This document shows positions 58,130-64,000 of a stretch of 64,000 bases of DNA, in pieces. Origin of the DNA: Elsinoe ampelina (Eukaryota). Position numbers and translations under genes: made by a program. The notes beneath the pieces are model-generated. The model saw only the letters and a list, made by a program, of their open reading frames with translations, did not search any database and was not told the DNA's origin. The DNA is taken from assembly GCA_010093995.1 (NCBI GenBank), contig ML992510.1:199504-263503 (forward strand), given 5' to 3'. Position 1 is the stretch's first letter, and each line of letters starts with the position of its first letter.

Positions 58130-60022
58130 ATGGTAGGGGTCCCTCTCAGTCGTGGATGCGAGGCTTGTAGGAAGCAGAAGAAAAGGGTAAGATTCTCTTC
58201 ACCGATCATTATAGAGTTCGTGATCGACTACATCCTTCCCACTTCCATTTGACCCTCCGTGGTTCATGGATGCTGACGCCGCTCTTCATGTCTGATCTGG
58301 AAAGACTGACTGCCTTTCCTAGTGCGAAGGTACAGCTGCGCCATGTGTCCGCTGCCGGCGATTGAACATCGACTGTGTTGGCCTGGGAGAGAAACGTTAC
58401 AAGTTCCAAGATGAGAACATTCGATTTTCTGCTCCTCAACAGTCGCGCAAGGCGCGGAAGGGCATGGCCCAGAGCAACTCAAATACTACCATAGTCGCTG
58501 TCGCGCCTAGCCATGGTAGTCTGGTGACCAGGACCAGTGCTAATTACATTGGAGATGCGGAGACTGAAGGTCTCACTTCAGGCGACATCAACTCAAGATG
58601 GGCCATGATGCTTAGCGAGGGCAGATCGAGCTTCGGCAAAGTACCTGACAATTCTCTGACACGAATGATCAGTCGCTTCACTGCCAATCTCGACACCGAT
58701 AAGAATTCCAACTTCCAACTACCATGGAACTTTGGACCGTTCCTCGAGGACGTACCGAGACGACTTGGGCACAATGCCGCCTTGGATGCTGCTACCGAAG
58801 CCATGATGGCAGCATACATGGCGTTTCGTAGTAGAGGGGAAACGAATGCTTCGATGAACAATCAGCTGTGCCTCAGATCCTATGGGAGAGCTGTGAACTC
58901 GTTGCGAGAGTGTCTCAACGACCATCGTGCCTCCAGTAGTGAGACGTTGTGCAGTACAATGATGCTTCTTATAGTCGAGGTAAGTGCCCCGGATGCACTT
59001 CTCGATGCTGTACTAACGCTCGCGAGACATTGTCTGGTCTGGATAAAGAAAAAGTTCTCAGTCATGCTGGTGGAGCTGCTGGCATCCTCAAAGCCAGAGG
59101 ACACGCCAAATCTCGCAACGCTTTCGAGGACAAGATTCTTCTTTCGCTGCGAGGACCTGTCATCATGCATGCTCTATTCACTACTGAGCCCCTGTTCACA
59201 GACGAACAGTGGGAGGAGCTGATCATCAATCCTATTGAGGGATACGGTGTTGACGGACGAGTCCTGAAGACGCTCGCTCTGTTTCCTAATCTCCTTCTCG
59301 ATACCCGAGCCGCCTTCTCACAGGAGCCGATTGACTATGAGAAACTACGCACTATCCATACGAAGATGAAGGACTTATACATCAATCATGCACTGAACAG
59401 GCAGGAAGTGGTAGCACGATTCGAAGAACTGGATTCCCGCGAACCAGATATCAAGCGCCTGTCGATTCCATTGCTTGTCATGCATAGCCACTTTGCCCGT
59501 CAAGCAGCTGTCACTCTATCATACGAGGCAATGCTATGCCTACTACTCTCGACCGTATGTTCTGCACCCTTGCCGCCACCGACTCCCCACCTGGACACCG
59601 GTGGCTTTGCATCGGATTCCGGACCCGAGCCCTGGTCTCCACTCATCGATCCATACATCTACCTTTCGCAAGCCAACACAGCGTCGAAATACCTCTCGGA
59701 TCTCTGCGATAAGGTCACGCAACATCGACCACTCGGCACCATCTACATGACTTTCGTCATGAGGGTGGCCCACGTAGCAGCTGCTACCGACGAGGCCAGA
59801 GCTCACATTCTCGAGCAATTGAGGAGCTTTGCGAAAGATATGGGTGGACCATCAGCACAGCTTGACGAGAAGGAGCTGAACGAGTTGGGTGACTATCTGA
59901 GCCTCCGGGATATGAGAGGTTGGCGGCCTGGTACAGGGTACTTGGATGACTTGTCTTTCAGAGGTGCACAAGATAGATGGGATGGCCCGGAGAGTGTCAG
60001 CGGCGCGACCGAGATACTCTAG
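58130..60022 (+). CDS. Zn(II)2Cys6 transcription factor divergent from RTA1
   Basis: Exon 1 58130-58186 MVGVPLSRGCEACRKQKKR, intron to 58322, exon 2 CEGTAAPCVRCRRLNIDC, second intron ~58980-59026. Confidence 0.88.
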
Positions 60023-60582
60023 ATGTGATAGCAGGAATCTCTATATGCTTCCTGTTAGTCCCACATGAGATAACTTTCGAAGACAGCAAGGCTCCCGTTG
60101 GTCTCGCCGCTTGAGGGATCGTAAGCGAAGCATTGGAGCCCAGCGGCCCCATGGCACAATCTCATAGGTCGCCCATGACGAAATCAGATGCACAAGGCGC
60201 TTCATCATGCTCGTTCCTGGTACTATAATCCGTGAATGTCCGTCAGCAAGTCTTAGCATGTTTTGTTGTCATATCGATGAAAAGCATATATCTATTGTTA
60301 ACGGGTTGATCTTGTTCTCGCCTTCCCGACTCTCTCACCACAAATACTTACATGAAACGTATATTTCATCCAAGCGGCGCTCATATTTCAGCACAAATTC
60401 AAACTACCCGAAAAGCACTGGATAAATTTCCAATCTCAAGAGGAAGTGCTATTCTGAGCTCACAAGAGACTGTGAAAATTTCAAGGCCTTGCCCGCGCCG
60501 ACCATTCATCGGACGACAGCACAACAGACTATTGCATTTTCGAAAGGGGAATGACTGGTTCGAGAAGATAAGGAAGAAACGG

Positions 60583-61808
60583 ATGATGGAATTGGAGGCG
60601 AAAGCATCCGAATCGGCGGATGGTGGCGAAACTGGCAGAGAAGACTCGTCGACAAGACCAGAGCAAGCATGAACCCCTTGTCCCGTCTGAACAGCAGATA
60701 TGCTGACATATGACTGCAGAATGGCACAGGACACCACGATACTCATGCGTTGCCACCCTTGTTCGTGCAAGAAGCATGCTGGCGATATAACAAGATGAAA
60801 CGAGCCGACCTGGACAACGACCCCAACATCATCGACTTTACCCGTGGGCTCAGCGAAGAGCAGAAGGCATGCCTCAAGCCTGAGAGCAGTATAAGCGCCA
60901 CCACAGTGCAAGCAGCATGTCAAGCTTTCTGGCAGGAGTCTATGCACGAGGACTTTCCCTCCACCATCACCACTGACGTGCCCATCTACTCCCACGTCAA
61001 GTTCCCTGGTACCTTCCCCCTTTCCCTTCTCCCCACTCCCCACTGACTCTTCCCCAAAGGCCTCCACCTCATCCCCTCCCTCCTCCCCCCCTCCGCCCAA
61101 CTCCTCTTCACCTCCCTCGTCCTCCACCGCCACCTCGCCAACCCCCTCCACACCACCAACCTCACCACCACACACCCCCTGACCCTTCCCCCCTCGGCCT
61201 CCTCCTCCCTCTTCCTCCTCCCCCCCTCCTCAACCCACACCACACCCCCGCTCACCACCTCCCAACTCCTCTCCTCCAAACTCCGCTACCTCACCCTCGG
61301 CACCCAATACCACTGGCCCACCCGCTCCTACCCCCGCTCCACCCCCACCCCCTTTCCCCCGGACCTCGCCCCCCTCATCACGACCCTCTTCCCCTCCTTC
61401 CGCCCCGAATCCGGCGTCTGCCTCCTCTACGGGCCAAAGGACTTCATGCCCGTCCACCGCGACGTGAGCGAACAGTGCGCCCGCCCGCTCGCGAGTTTCA
61501 GTTTCGGGTGCGATGGGATATTCCTGCTCGCGAGGGGGGAGGGGGACGGGGACGGGGAGACGAGGCAGGAGAGGGAGGCGAGGTTGCTGGCCGTCAGGGT
61601 CAGGAGTGGGGATGTGGTTTACCTCGATGGGGAGAGCAGGTGGGCTTGGCATGCTATGCCGCGGACGGTGGCGGGGACGGGGTCGGAGTGGGCGGGGGAG
61701 TGGCCTGTGGGGACGCCGGGGGAGGAGGGAAGGGGGGAGTGGGAGAGGTGGAGGGGGTGGTTGAAGGGGAGGAGGTTGAATGTTAGTTGCAGGCAGGTTT
61801 GGGATTAG
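60583..61808 (+). CDS. AlkB-family 2OG-Fe(II) dioxygenase (ALKBH1-like); 5' end uncertain
   Basis: PGLHLIPSLLP, KLRYLTLGTQYHW, HRD Fe ligands, LASFSFG, RSGDV, WHA, RLNVSCRQV. Intron 61008-61059. Confidence 0.85.
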
Positions 61809-61926
61809 GGGAATTCGAAATTGGCGAGATGGAATGCTGTACAGGGTGATCCTCAATGCAATGGTATCTACAATCCGGGACACCAAGACGCCGTGCTATG
61901 CCCTTCCGAACCCCCCTTCCCATGCT

Positions 61927-64000
61927 CTACGTCAAGATCCACGACAAAGCCAACACCAGCCCTCCCACCACCATCCTCAGTCCGACCCCTACCCTCCCCG
62001 CAGCAGCAACCTGATACACCGCCCCCGCGAAACTACACCTCACCCCCACCCCCTCACTGCGCTTCCCATACCCCGCCTCCAACCCCCTCCCCGGCGCAGG
62101 ACACGCGAATCCCAACGCACTCGGACAACTCCTGACCAAATCAAAGCACAAATCCTCACAAGGCAACAACTCCTTATACGGCCCCGGTCTCACCTCCTCA
62201 TCAATCCTCGAGTTCCGGGACCGGTTACTCGCAAACGTGCCCCCCAACACCTGCTGACTCGCACCACTCAAGCTGGGCGCGTCCCACATCGGGTTATAGT
62301 TCTGCTGCAACACCGCTTCAGGGAGGAAGCTGTCGTTCGCGATGAATGCCTGCGCGACGTTTCGCGACTGCAGGTAGGGTAGGGGGGAGGAGAAGTCCTC
62401 GCATCGTGGGATGGTGACGGCGCAGAGCCACTCTTTGTATGCCCGCGAGCAGTCGTCGCAGGTTTTGGAGAGGGAGTAGCGGGCGGTGGAGGAGGTGTTG
62501 CAGGGGATGAGTTGGAGGGAGAGGGAGAAGTTGGTGTACAAGTCTTGGGCGTAGGTGTCGTAGAAGGTGGAGAGGGAGGTGGTATTGGGGAAGGTGAAGG
62601 GGTTGGAGGGGACGGAGTAGGCGGTCGAGGAGCAGAAGGTGAGATTGTAGAGGAGGGCGCAGTTGCCGTCTGGGAAATGGTTAGGGAAGGACAAGGGGAA
62701 GGGGCAGGGACAAGTGCTTACCGGACTTGGTGGTGAAGTTTGTGGCTGTCCAGACTTTGCCGCCGCCACCTACTACGCCGTCGCCGATTGTGCTGGAATT
62801 ACCGTACATTGCGAGGATGGCTTGGTATGTGGAGCTGCCGTTCAGACCGCGGATGACGAACTGTTGTTTCGGCTTGTACCCGAGTCCTCGCGCGACCATT
62901 GACATCTGAATCGGAGCACTAGCATCGTCCGGGTTGGTCTGGCTTGCTTGCAGATCTGCAGACTCTGTGAGACCGCAATAGCTGAGCCGCATACCTGCTA
63001 TGTTATTCCGAGTGTTGTTACCTTGCGCAAACACGGTGAACGGCAGAGGCCTGATATCCATCCACTGATTGAACTCATCCGAGCCAGCATCAGCCTGGGT
63101 CAAATTGTCCGTCACCAAGAGAGCCGATTCGGTATCCGTATCCACTAGGTACAGGGGTGGTAATCCGTCATTAGCAGCATAGTAGTAATTATCGATCGAT
63201 GCAGCCACGCTGTACGTCCACGACCCTCTCCATCCATTACCAAGCGTCGGTGAGCGAATCGCGATGTACACGTCCCCTCTCGCAGTGACGTTGATCCTGG
63301 CAAACCCCTCGTGCAGCGGCACCTGGATCTGATCCGACGGCGCATTCGGTGCTCCCACTTGCGCAGAAGAGGAGGACACAAACAGCGTCAACTGAGCCGG
63401 AGAATCAGGTTGTTCCCCATTTCCGCTCCACGTCGGTTGCGAGCAGGTATTGATAGCGACATACACAGTCTTCTGGTTCTGGCGCTTGCTCTTGCTCTTG
63501 ACCCTCCTTTCCTCTTCTTCCCGTAACTTCCTGTGCCTCTCCCTCTCCTCATACGTGGTGCTCTGGTCTTCAAAGTCTACGAAACCTCCCGGTAGACCAG
63601 ATCCCGCATCCCCTGCCGGACCATTGACGTCTTCTCGGGAGAAGATCCAGCGCTGGATCTCTCCGCCCGTGATGTTGCTGCGGCCGGGGCTGTTGTTTCC
63701 AGGTAGGTCCTGTAGTGCTTGTGTGCCTTGTCGCTTCCTGAGCTCTGACTTTCCCTCCTCAGCTTGCTCCGACGCCACGTCTTCGGGCTTGGCTCCGCAT
63801 CGAGTGCAAGGTACTTCGTGCTCGGCTTGGTCGTTTATGAGGACCTCTTCTGTTGGCGGAAGTCCAAAGTCCTCCACGTAAGCTCCGAGCTCTTCATCCC
63901 ACGGATCGATGGGCGGGCCACCGTCCCATGCCGGCCGTGACGATGTCGACTCGTCGTCCGGCCCGCGCTCAGCTAGCCATGGCCGCGTGTCTTGCCCCGC
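61927..64000 (-). CDS. MID1: Stretch-activated Ca2+ channel component Mid1 (5' end outside the window)
   Basis: VYVAINTCSQP, LVDTDTESALLVT, SYCG, KQQF, intron ~62670-62721, NCALLYNLTFC, CDDCSRAYKEWLCAVTIPRC, PGPYKELLPCEDLCFDLVRSCP. Confidence 0.92.

Noticed and set aside
1..64000. tRNA, rRNA or other ncRNA genes; Starship/captain recombinase
   Set aside because: None recognised by eye; tRNAscan/Infernal were not run, so small RNAs cannot be excluded.

Overview
Genomic DNA from a filamentous ascomycete (short GT-AG introns with CTRAC/CTAAT branch sites, Zn2Cys6 regulators, a cutinase, and a RIP-mutated AT-rich block; probably a plant-associated Dothideomycete, which is inference). About 25 genes flank a ~13 kb RIP-degraded transposon block (25.6-38.5 kb, three N gaps). 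Left arm: DUF2457-like protein, a 14-exon SAR1, a DUF3632-like protein, an FAD monooxygenase plus Zn2Cys6 TF, cutinase, peroxisomal 4CL-like ligase, CYP7-like P450, a tandem array of four unknown-function paralogues (one frameshifted), a GliT-like oxidoreductase and a broken membrane-protein gene. The block resolves into a Ty1/copia element (TSD ACTTT) containing a nested Ty3/gypsy chromovirus (TSD ATATT). The chromovirus carries a RIP-relic, spliced ANTISENSE gene encoding a Zn2Cys6-like protein, the most unusual item found. Right arm: small secreted effector candidate, M28 peptidase, GH5 glucanase, PRI2, PHO13-like phosphatase, unknown protein, ATP16, nitrate transporter with NirA/GATA sites, DUF829/PaxU-like protein, RTA1 plus divergent TF, AlkB homologue and partial MID1. 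Many genes contain ~1 kb C-rich to G-rich skew-switch domains. Exon boundaries were read by hand and family names come from recalled motifs, not database searches.
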